From a virus, in IMG/VR virus record IMGVR_UViG_3300023313_000005, positions 1 to 64,000 of that record: a stretch of DNA of 64,000 nucleotides. One strand, given 5' to 3'. Position 1 is the stretch's first letter, and every line of letters begins with the position of its first letter. A model generated the notes under the pieces. That model was not told where the DNA came from. It worked only from the letters and a program-made list of their open reading frames with translations, and did not search any database. Of the stretch, positions 39,026 to 45,770 are shown in pieces. Position numbers and translations under genes: made by a program.

Positions 39026-39052
39026 AAAAGGGGAGATATTACTCTCCCCTTT
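39026..39052 (-). terminator. Terminator-like hairpin at the head of array A
   Basis: AAAGGGGAGA/TCTCCCCTTT stem followed by a T-run on the minus strand. Confidence 0.7.
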
Positions 39053-39078
39053 ATTTGACTAAAATTTAGTGCATTGAC

Positions 39079-39486
39079 TTAAAGATTAATAGCAGTCTGA
39101 GCTTCACGTTCTCGGATTTGGTCTTCCATTTTCTGAATAATAGCATCTATGCTCTCTGCAGACTTAGATGATATCTTCCAATAAGGAATAGTAGAGAATT
39201 GTTCAACTGCCTCATCAGTCATTCTAATAACTTCTATGGCAGTCATACTATTTTGAATTACAGGCATTGTAAATTCACATTCAGAGGGTTTACTAGAACC
39301 TAAAGTAGCTAATTCTGATAGAGTATGAGCTCCTGCCCAAGACCTAATTCTTCTTGTTTTTTGGAGTGTTACATACATTCCATTTTTGGTATCTTTAACA
39401 TTTACTAATTTACCAAAATGTACTCCTGCAGAGTATGTTCTTACAATTACTTGTTCGCCTAAATCTGGATGATTTGTGTTTTCCAT
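39079..39486 (-). CDS. DUF6948-like protein
   Basis: VIVRTYSAGVHFG, RRI.SW.GA.TLSELA..G, IEVI motifs (recalled family signature). Confidence 0.7.
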   Translation of the reverse strand: MENTNHPDLGEQVIVRTYSAGVHFGKLVNVKDTKNGMYVTLQKTRRIRSWAGAHTLSELATLGSSKPSECEFTMPVIQNSMTAIEVIRMTDEAVEQFSTIPYWKISSKSAESIDAIIQKMEDQIREREAQTAINL

Positions 39487-39505
39487 GGTTTTTGTTTATT
39501 AATTA

Positions 39506-39772
39506 TTAATCAATTGAGTTCATCATTTTTTTAGTTACAGGATTATATTCCTGTTGTACTATTTTTATTACACATGGGGTATCTTCACTTGTTTTTACAG
39601 TAAAGTGATGACCATGCTCCACAATAACAGCCCCATTAGGTTCCAGAACTACTGTACCCATTTTTTCAAACTTCTTAATTACTTTTACATCAGTAGATTT
39701 CTTTAAATCCACATAATGTTCTCCATTACTGTGCTCCAGAATCAATTTCTGATTTTCTTGTTCTGTATTCAT
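39506..39772 (-). CDS. Small HxxH protein, copy A
   Basis: EHGHH and QQEYNPVTK; paralog of 45504-45770. Confidence 0.75.
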   Translation of the reverse strand: MNTEQENQKLILEHSNGEHYVDLKKSTDVKVIKKFEKMGTVVLEPNGAVIVEHGHHFTVKTSEDTPCVIKIVQQEYNPVTKKMMNSID

Positions 39773-39788
39773 TTGTTTGTTTTTATGC

Positions 39789-40550
39789 TCAAGATTGAGC
39801 GGTTAATAATTCAAAATATGATTTTTTAGACATATGTATAGGATCTTCATTAGGTAAAGGTACTATTTTCTTATCCATTTCAAATAAGAATACATCTCCT
39901 TGACGTATAATACTTTTAATATGACCTTCCATAGATGGATAATACATACATAAACTAGCAACTGCTTCTAAAGGAGATCCATTTTTAAAATGTTCAGGTA
40001 CCCATAACCAATGTTCGTCATTAGTACTAGTACAATGACATCTAATTACAGGTACTATAGGATCTTCTACTGCATCAGGATCTTGTAATTTTGTAATATC
40101 CACATGCCATAGTTCATACATTACATGATAATCTATTTCCTCCATCTTATCTAATGTTTCATTATATACCCTATTGATAAGATGTTCTCCTTCAGTTTTT
40201 ATTCTTTCTGAAGGTAAATTATCCATCATCTCTCTAATAGAAATAACTCCAAATAAAGCAGCTCTATAGTTGCTATTTTTAATGCTAAATGCCTCTTGAT
40301 AGGTATATTTATCAAAAGCATCCCAATAAGCCATTAATCCCTCTATATAAGCGGCTTCTTCAAATTCCCCATAAGTACAAATATCTTCAATCATAGGATC
40401 AAAGAATCTGGATTTAGCCCGTTTAAAATTATCATTGTACTTTGTTTTTAAAAATCTTATGATTGTAGGATCTTTTAAGGTAGCATTATTCACCTGAAAA
40501 GTTTTACTCTCTGAGTAGTACGTAATACCTTCAATTGGTAATGTTTTCAT
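39789..40550 (-). CDS. DUF6745-like protein, copy A
   Basis: YEL, CHCTST..EHWLWV, A.AS, RQGDVF, YF.LLTAQS; paralog of 45736-46554. Confidence 0.7.
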   Translation of the reverse strand: MKTLPIEGITYYSESKTFQVNNATLKDPTIIRFLKTKYNDNFKRAKSRFFDPMIEDICTYGEFEEAAYIEGLMAYWDAFDKYTYQEAFSIKNSNYRAALFGVISIREMMDNLPSERIKTEGEHLINRVYNETLDKMEEIDYHVMYELWHVDITKLQDPDAVEDPIVPVIRCHCTSTNDEHWLWVPEHFKNGSPLEAVASLCMYYPSMEGHIKSIIRQGDVFLFEMDKKIVPLPNEDPIHMSKKSYFELLTAQS

Positions 40551-40583
40551 AATTAATTAATCTGTTTGTGTTTATATCTGTAT

Positions 40584-40826
40584 TTATTTTTGTAAAATAC
40601 CAAAAGAATCTCCGTTTCCTTTTGAAGTTGATAAATTTAATATTATTCCAGTTCCTACATCAGATTCATATTCAAGTCTATGTATATTTCCTTTTCCATT
40701 TCCTTTACCATCACCAATTCCTATCCCATCACCATCACCATATCCAGTTCCTTGGTTATATCCTAAACTATCTATTAATGAATCTAAACCTCCACGTCCA
40801 GTTTTTTTAAATTTATAATCTATCAT
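40584..40826 (-). CDS. Outlying MID-family Gly-rich peptide (80 aa)
   Basis: MIDYKFKKTG...GDGDGIGIGDG...FGILQK. Confidence 0.7.
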   Translation of the reverse strand: MIDYKFKKTGRGGLDSLIDSLGYNQGTGYGDGDGIGIGDGKGNGKGNIHRLEYESDVGTGIILNLSTSKGNGDSFGILQK

Positions 40827-41016
40827 TATTAAATGTAATAACTATTTTTTCTATTCCATATCCAGGTCTAGATATTTGTTCTTTGCATTCGTTATTTAAA
40901 TCATGTGTAACTGAAGCTTCAATTATAATATTTCTGATAATTTTATGTTGACTCACATAATAAGAAACTTCAGAATCTACAAAACTTCCGAAATTAGTAA
41001 AGTTTATATCTATCAT
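40813..41016 (-). CDS. Outlying MID-family peptide (67 aa; start corrected from 41058)
   Basis: MIDINFTNFG...; junction ATATTATGATAGATA identical to array A. Confidence 0.6.
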   Translation of the reverse strand: MIDINFTNFGSFVDSEVSYYVSQHKIIRNIIIEASVTHDLNNECKEQISRPGYGIEKIVITFNNDRL

Positions 41017-41026
41017 AATATACATA

Positions 41027-41164
41027 TTATTTTTGAGTACGTAATCTTTCCACCTCATTCTCCATTACCTGAAGTAACTTCTGAAGTTGGTTGTACGTTG
41101 GTAGGTCGTTGTAAGATAGTGATAATTCCACACCATCTCTTTCAAAGGTTATCTTGTTTTTCAT
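41027..41164 (-). CDS. Hypothetical protein (45 aa, not in ORF track)
   Basis: Hand translation: MKNKITFERDGVELSLSYNDLPTYNQLQKLLQVMENEVERLRTQK. Confidence 0.45.
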   Translation of the reverse strand: MKNKITFERDGVELSLSYNDLPTYNQLQKLLQVMENEVERLRTQK

Positions 41165-41200
41165 TCTATAACTCTTTTGTCATTACATCTAAGTTTGAGA

Positions 41201-41458
41201 CTACACAAGCTCAAAATACCTCTCAAATTCCCAAACAACCCAATCTCTTTTACTTCTTGATAGCTTTGATTTTTTCTGTTGGATTAATTCGTATTCTTTC
41301 ACAATATCAACCGATAACATTTGTTTTGACCTTTTATCATAAAAGTCAGTAAAACCAAAAGCGGCACTCATAGTTAATATAGTTGTCATTGTTTTACTTA
41401 TCGGTTTCCTTTTTGGGAGTTCTCTTTCCCTGTATTTCAATCCGTTTATTTCTATCAT
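41201..41458 (-). CDS. Hypothetical protein
   Basis: 85 aa; EYELIQQKKSKLSRSKRD motif; ATGA-coupled. Confidence 0.65.
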   Translation of the reverse strand: MIEINGLKYRERELPKRKPISKTMTTILTMSAAFGFTDFYDKRSKQMLSVDIVKEYELIQQKKSKLSRSKRDWVVWEFERYFELV

Positions 41459-41655
41459 TTCACAACTCTTTTAATATTTCCTCTATTTATTAATTCTTGA
41501 CATTCTTCAAGAGTTCCTTGACAATCAATAAATTCTATATGTTTTACTCTCCATGCAAAATATCCATCTGTTTTTAAATCCCTAAATCTATTAGGAAATC
41601 TACTTACTTGGATTCCGAATTTACCATTTTCAAATTCTACTATTCTTGGTTTCAT
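41455..41655 (-). CDS. Hypothetical protein
   Basis: 66 aa; A-rich initiation region. Confidence 0.6.
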   Translation of the reverse strand: MKPRIVEFENGKFGIQVSRFPNRFRDLKTDGYFAWRVKHIEFIDCQGTLEECQELINRGNIKRVVK

Positions 41656-41665
41656 TTGTTTTGTT

Positions 41666-41842
41666 TTAATATTTTAAATCTTCTGTAATTATATCTATAA
41701 CTACCATTAATAATACTATAAATAATACTACCCGAATCCGAAACAATGTATCTAAATCTGTTATATTTATATCATTTTTGAGGAATATTACAAGAATTAG
41801 AGAAATTCCTACTACTGATAGGTATTTGATTAGTTTTTTCAT
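41666..41842 (-). CDS. Small two-TM membrane protein, tandem paralog 2 (58 aa, not in ORF track)
   Basis: MKKLIKYLSVVGISLILVIFLKNDINITDLDTLFRIRVVLFIVLLMVVIDIITEDLKY. Confidence 0.65.
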   Translation of the reverse strand: MKKLIKYLSVVGISLILVIFLKNDINITDLDTLFRIRVVLFIVLLMVVIDIITEDLKY

Positions 41843-41846
41843 CTTA

Positions 41847-42020
41847 TTAATCTATATCTTTTGTTATTACAGCTGTGAGGATTATAAATAGCGCTGTAAA
41901 TGCTATCATTGCAAATCTATCAAAAGGAGATGATTCCATTATATTAGTGTCACCTTTGATGAATATTATAAGAAGTAAGGTAAGCCCTACTACTGATAGG
42001 TATTTGATTAGCTTTCTCAT
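41847..42020 (-). CDS. Small two-TM membrane protein, tandem paralog 1 (57 aa, not in ORF track)
   Basis: MRKLIKYLSVVGLTLLLIIFIKGDTNIMESSPFDRFAMIAFTALFIILTAVITKDID. Confidence 0.65.
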   Translation of the reverse strand: MRKLIKYLSVVGLTLLLIIFIKGDTNIMESSPFDRFAMIAFTALFIILTAVITKDID

Positions 42021-42289
42021 TCCTTTTTGTCTTTAATGAATACTTTTAATGTTCTTCCCTCGTCTTGTAAACTCAACTCTACTTCGCAATGCTTGTTTTT
42101 GTTTACGTATTTTCTGCCTTTCGGGTCTATCACCTCTACTCTGGTGACTTCGCTTAATTCTACTAGCGTTCCTTTCACCACCCAATCTTCAAAGCCGTCA
42201 AACTCCGCACAGCTTCTTTCCATTTCTTCCAACTCCTCCTCTGTGACTAGACGAAGTTCGTTGTCTGATAGTTCAATTAGTATCTTCAT
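42017..42289 (-). CDS. Hypothetical protein
   Basis: 90 aa; VTRVEVID..GR.YV...SLQDEGRTLKVF. Confidence 0.7.
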   Translation of the reverse strand: MKILIELSDNELRLVTEEELEEMERSCAEFDGFEDWVVKGTLVELSEVTRVEVIDPKGRKYVNKNKHCEVELSLQDEGRTLKVFIKDKKE

Positions 42290-42436
42290 TTTGTTTTGTT
42301 TTTTAAACTAACACGTTGTATGTGGTCTGAACGTCTTGACAAGCATAATAATAAATGTCTGCAGTTCCCGTTCGTGTTGCCTCATATTAACATTGTTTAT
42401 ACGCCATGCTGCGCACGGGCGCATACACGGGTGTTA

Positions 42437-42736
42437 TCAACAAGGTGGTTTGCACCATTCTTTTACTATCATATTTTCAAAGTTGTATTTCCAGCAATTA
42501 TCATTTTCCCACCATTCATTAATTCCGTATTTACCATTTTCGTATTTAACAAACACTTGTTTGTCATCAGTAGGTAAGGCATCTTTAATCGCTACCCAAT
42601 TGCTAATATGTGGTATAGATAATTGCTCTATACAGTGGTTTATTAATTCGTGTAAAGTCCAGTAACTATCGCAGTTGTTGTCTATTTTTTCAACTGGGTT
42701 TATTCCCATTTCTTCTAATAATTTTCTTGTTGTCAT
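42437..42736 (-). CDS. DUF551-like protein
   Basis: WVAIKDALP...V..W..PP C-terminal pattern. Confidence 0.6.
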   Translation of the reverse strand: MTTRKLLEEMGINPVEKIDNNCDSYWTLHELINHCIEQLSIPHISNWVAIKDALPTDDKQVFVKYENGKYGINEWWENDNCWKYNFENMIVKEWCKPPC

Positions 42737-42748
42737 TTTGGTTTTATT

Positions 42749-42994
42749 TTAAAGTTCAACTCTTTTTTTGTAGTAAATCTCGTCCGTGATTCCATCCTCC
42801 AACTCTATCACTAAGACAATGTCCTCACCCCTTTCCTCTCTGGTCACAGAAAGCACCCCCACATCTTCACTGATTAGCCGCCCGTCCAATGTTTCCACGA
42901 TGGTGGGCATATCTATTATCTGATCTCGCTTGAAGTGCTCCTCGTGGAAGACTACTCCGTCTGTGGTTATTCGTTTGTATGGGCTTATATCCAT
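42749..42994 (-). CDS. Hypothetical protein
   Basis: 81-aa ORF in the operon. Confidence 0.55.
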   Translation of the reverse strand: MDISPYKRITTDGVVFHEEHFKRDQIIDMPTIVETLDGRLISEDVGVLSVTREERGEDIVLVIELEDGITDEIYYKKRVEL

Positions 42995-43512
42995 GATGAT
43001 TTTTCAATTAATTCCTTATGGAATTCTGCAAACTTTTTTGCTCTTTTTTTTGTTGGGAAAGCAAGGAATGATATTTTATCGCGTGTTTCTAGAATCTCAT
43101 AACTTGGCTCCCCACAAATAGGTAGTATTATAGATTTAGCTGTTTTATCGTACCATTCTAAATTCTTTTCTTCTTCCCAATTTGGACTCCAATCTCCATT
43201 ATAATCAGCTACCAATTGGGATAGCATGGCTTTGGCAATACTAGCTTCTGCTTGCTTTCTTGTTTTGAATATATTACCATCATTATCAGTTCTGCGTGGA
43301 ATACCTATTGGATAAATATTACTAAAAGCATCTATCCAATACCCTCCTACTTTTTCTAACTCTTCCCGAGTCTTTAATTTCCCTTCTTGTGGCTCTTCCT
43401 TGAGTGTCTTTAACACCCTCTCCAATTCTGGAATATCTTTTTTTGAAACTGTGATTTTGACTGTGTCGGTATTCAATTCTGTTACTTTCATGTTATTTGT
43501 TTTTGATTGCAT
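42985..43512 (-). CDS. Hypothetical protein
   Basis: 175 aa; FKT..QAEA, N.DW.PNW, F.T...A..F motifs. Confidence 0.7.
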   Translation of the reverse strand: MQSKTNNMKVTELNTDTVKITVSKKDIPELERVLKTLKEEPQEGKLKTREELEKVGGYWIDAFSNIYPIGIPRRTDNDGNIFKTRKQAEASIAKAMLSQLVADYNGDWSPNWEEEKNLEWYDKTAKSIILPICGEPSYEILETRDKISFLAFPTKKRAKKFAEFHKELIEKSSWI

Positions 43513-44080
43513 TTTCTAAATGTAAAAAGTACGCTTTATATGCTTTGTACATTGCTTCTATTCTGATAAATTCTTCTGTACCTCTTTTTGTTTCAAATTC
43601 GTCATCACCCTTAAACCATTCATCCCATTGTTCAATAGTTTTGCATTCACATCCAATTTTTATTTTATTATTCACTATACCAAAACTCCATTTTGAGTAA
43701 ATAGGCATAATTGCATTACTTATATCTGCTCTACGAAGGTTTACCCCGTCAAAGTTTACTCCACGAAGGTCTGATTCACGAAGGTCTGCTTCATCGAGGA
43801 TTGATTCACAAAGGTTTGCTCCACGAAGGTCTGCTCTGTAAAGGTTTGCTCCACGAAAATCTACTCTACGAAGGTTGGTTTCATAAAGATTTGCTCCACG
43901 AAGGTTAGCTTCATAAAAGTTGGCTTCAAAAAGGTTGGCTCCACAAAAATTTGCTTCAAAAAGATTGGCCCCATGAAAGTCTGCCCCACGGAGGTCAGCT
44001 CTACGCAAGTAGGCTCCTATTAATGTATCGCCTTCAATTTCTTTTAATACTTTTCCGTTAAAATCTTTAATTTGTATCAT
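43493..44080 (-). CDS. Pentapeptide repeat protein
   Basis: About 20 A(D/N)(L/F)xx repeats; C-terminal IKIGC....I..W domain. Confidence 0.9.
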   Translation of the reverse strand: MIQIKDFNGKVLKEIEGDTLIGAYLRRADLRGADFHGANLFEANFCGANLFEANFYEANLRGANLYETNLRRVDFRGANLYRADLRGANLCESILDEADLRESDLRGVNFDGVNLRRADISNAIMPIYSKWSFGIVNNKIKIGCECKTIEQWDEWFKGDDEFETKRGTEEFIRIEAMYKAYKAYFLHLENAIKNK

Positions 44081-44135
44081 GACTTTTTGATTACATTTTT
44101 TAATGTAATAAATATATCAACAATATTTATTTATA

Positions 44136-44288
44136 TTACAATTCATAACTTAATATATGTTTATATTTAATATGAGTATAAGGCGTAAACATTGAATTAA
44201 ATTTATTTGCAATCATTATAGTAAATTTTAAATTTGGATAATCAAGTCTAGTACGTGCTTTACAATCTTTGAGTATTACCAGTTTCAT
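44136..44288 (-). CDS. Array B peptide 9 (50 aa)
   Basis: MKLVILKDCKARTRLDYPNLKFTIMIANKFNSMFTPYTHIKYKHILSYEL. Confidence 0.7.
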   Translation of the reverse strand: MKLVILKDCKARTRLDYPNLKFTIMIANKFNSMFTPYTHIKYKHILSYEL

Positions 44289-44434
44289 AGTTTATAAGTT
44301 TTTTTAGATTCGTATATAATATGACTATAGGGTAAATATACTGAATAATATCTAGTAGATATTATTATATTGTATGGTTCATTATAATAACTAATACTTT
44401 TTGCTTTACAATTTTTAAGTATAATTAATTTCAT
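44285..44434 (-). CDS. Array B peptide 8 (49 aa)
   Basis: MKLIILKNCKAKSISYYNEPYNIIISTRYYSVYLPYSHIIYESKKTYKL. Confidence 0.7.
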   Translation of the reverse strand: MKLIILKNCKAKSISYYNEPYNIIISTRYYSVYLPYSHIIYESKKTYKL

Positions 44435-44583
44435 AGCTCATAAAAATTTTTAGATTTGTATCTAATACGACTATAAGGTAAATATAATGAATGATATGCA
44501 TCAGATATTATTATATCATATGGCATAAAATATTGACTGAGTGTATTTATTGTTTTACAATCTCTAAATATTATTAACTTCAT
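44431..44583 (-). CDS. Array B peptide 7 (50 aa)
   Basis: MKLIIFRDCKTINTLSQYFMPYDIIISDAYHSLYLPYSRIRYKSKNFYEL. Confidence 0.7.
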   Translation of the reverse strand: MKLIIFRDCKTINTLSQYFMPYDIIISDAYHSLYLPYSRIRYKSKNFYEL

Positions 44584-44723
44584 GGCCAATAAAAGGTTAT
44601 ACTTTTATAATATATCTTAAAATAAGGAGTATAAAATATCTTATATCTAAAATCTATATAAAGGTTAGAATCATCTGGTTTATTAGTATGAAATTCACAA
44701 TTTTTAATTACAATTAGTCTCAT
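44580..44723 (-). CDS. Array B peptide 6 (47 aa)
   Basis: MRLIVIKNCEFHTNKPDDSNLYIDFRYKIFYTPYFKIYYKSITFYWP. Confidence 0.7.
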   Translation of the reverse strand: MRLIVIKNCEFHTNKPDDSNLYIDFRYKIFYTPYFKIYYKSITFYWP

Positions 44724-44860
44724 AAGTAATAAGTAGTTATAGTTTTAAATTTAATTTTATAGCGAGAAAAACAAAATATATTATTTTGTAATACTATAGG
44801 GTAAGTTACGTATTTAAGTTCATTAGCTAGTTTACAGTCTTTAAGTGTTATTAGTTTCAT
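44720..44860 (-). CDS. Array B peptide 5 (46 aa)
   Basis: MKLITLKDCKLANELKYVTYPIVLQNNIFCFSRYKIKFKTITTYYL. Confidence 0.7.
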   Translation of the reverse strand: MKLITLKDCKLANELKYVTYPIVLQNNIFCFSRYKIKFKTITTYYL

Positions 44861-45003
44861 ACCATATGAATTTTCATTTTTTCACCTTTTATACAAAAAT
44901 TAAAAGTGTATAATGTTATAAATTGATAATCTAAAAGTACACTATAAAATATAGATGAATGATAATCATGTATTACACAATTTTTTATTATTATTAATCT
45001 CAT
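44857..45003 (-). CDS. Array B peptide 4 (48 aa)
   Basis: MRLIIIKNCVIHDYHSSIFYSVLLDYQFITLYTFNFCIKGEKMKIHMV. Confidence 0.7.
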   Translation of the reverse strand: MRLIIIKNCVIHDYHSSIFYSVLLDYQFITLYTFNFCIKGEKMKIHMV

Positions 45004-45155
45004 AATTGATACATTTTACAATTTCCAAATTTTACATTTTTAATACTTATTAATGCATATGAAGTAGTAGATACATGATATTTATAGCATATAAGATCTA
45101 CAAAAGGTAAATATTGAGTAAAATCTTCATTTATAGGAATTACTATTAAATTCAT
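45000..45155 (-). CDS. Array B peptide 3 (51 aa)
   Basis: MNLIVIPINEDFTQYLPFVDLICYKYHVSTTSYALISIKNVKFGNCKMYQL. Confidence 0.65.
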   Translation of the reverse strand: MNLIVIPINEDFTQYLPFVDLICYKYHVSTTSYALISIKNVKFGNCKMYQL

Positions 45156-45301
45156 AACTCATATTTGTTAGAATAACTATACATAATACAAATATCACTT
45201 AGGTATAAAAGATAATTATTACTACATAGATCTGAATTTAATACAATATTTGAAATAGAAGAAGTAATATCGGCATATTTATTTAATAGTACTAAAGTCA
45301 T
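45152..45301 (-). CDS. Array B peptide 2 (49 aa)
   Basis: MTLVLLNKYADITSSISNIVLNSDLCSNNYLLYLSDICIMYSYSNKYEL. Confidence 0.7.
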   Translation of the reverse strand: MTLVLLNKYADITSSISNIVLNSDLCSNNYLLYLSDICIMYSYSNKYEL

Positions 45302-45447
45302 AATTCATATCTATTAGAATATTTATATGTAATGCAAATATTACCTATATATAAAAGATAAATATCACTATATAGATCTGAAATTAACCTATCGTTTGAT
45401 GAAAGCATAAAAATATCATCATATTTATTTAATATTACTAAAGTCAT
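45298..45447 (-). CDS. Array B peptide 1 (49 aa; start corrected from 45507)
   Basis: MTLVILNKYDDIFMLSSNDRLISDLYSDIYLLYIGNICITYKYSNRYEL. Confidence 0.7.
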   Translation of the reverse strand: MTLVILNKYDDIFMLSSNDRLISDLYSDIYLLYIGNICITYKYSNRYEL

Positions 45448-45465
45448 ATTTTGTTGTGTTGTAAT

Positions 45466-45496
45466 AAAAAGGTGCAGAGAATTTCCCCACACCTTT
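45466..45496 (-). terminator. Terminator-like hairpin at the head of array B
   Basis: Minus strand AAAGGTGTGGGGA-aat-TCTCTGCACCTTT (with G-U pairs) followed by a T-run. Confidence 0.6.
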
Positions 45497-45503
45497 AACC
45501 CTA

Positions 45504-45770
45504 TCAATCAAATGCATCCTGTAACATTTTAGTTACAGGGTTCAGCTCTTGTTGAGTATATTTAATGATGTTTTCACTTTCTGTTTTTAATGTCCCATGC
45601 TCGCCATGGGTTACTATTCCGTTACTACCTGTTTTGATGAGAAGAGCACCTTTATACTCCTCACTAACAATGTCCCCTTTTACCTCTAAAGTATGAGGAT
45701 GGGTAGACTTTTGAATTATTAATTTTTCCATTATATTAAGATTGTGCTGTGAGTAATCCAAAATACTCAT
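45504..45770 (-). CDS. Small HxxH protein, copy B (start may be the internal MEKLII)
   Basis: THPH, THGEH, QQELNPVTK; paralog of 39506-39772. Confidence 0.75.
   Translation of the reverse strand: MSILDYSQHNLNIMEKLIIQKSTHPHTLEVKGDIVSEEYKGALLIKTGSNGIVTHGEHGTLKTESENIIKYTQQELNPVTKMLQDAFD

Larger units (their letters stand above)
44136..45447 (-). repeat. Array B: tandem array of nine coupled 46-51-aa micro-ORFs (MKLIILK(N/D)C...YEL family)
   Basis: Hand translation; all eight junctions are ATGA overlaps; shared N- and C-terminal motifs. Confidence 0.85.

Noticed and set aside
34992-45447. Stop-codon reassignment or read-through fusing the arrays into long proteins
   Set aside because: Consecutive members are in different frames, array A junctions read TGA-TAG (double stop), long genes translate cleanly in the standard code, and the only tRNA is an ordinary Leu tRNA.
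34992-45447. Diversity-generating retroelement or integron as the source of variation
   Set aside because: No reverse transcriptase, integrase, TR/VR pair with A-specific mismatches or attC-like sites are visible in the window.
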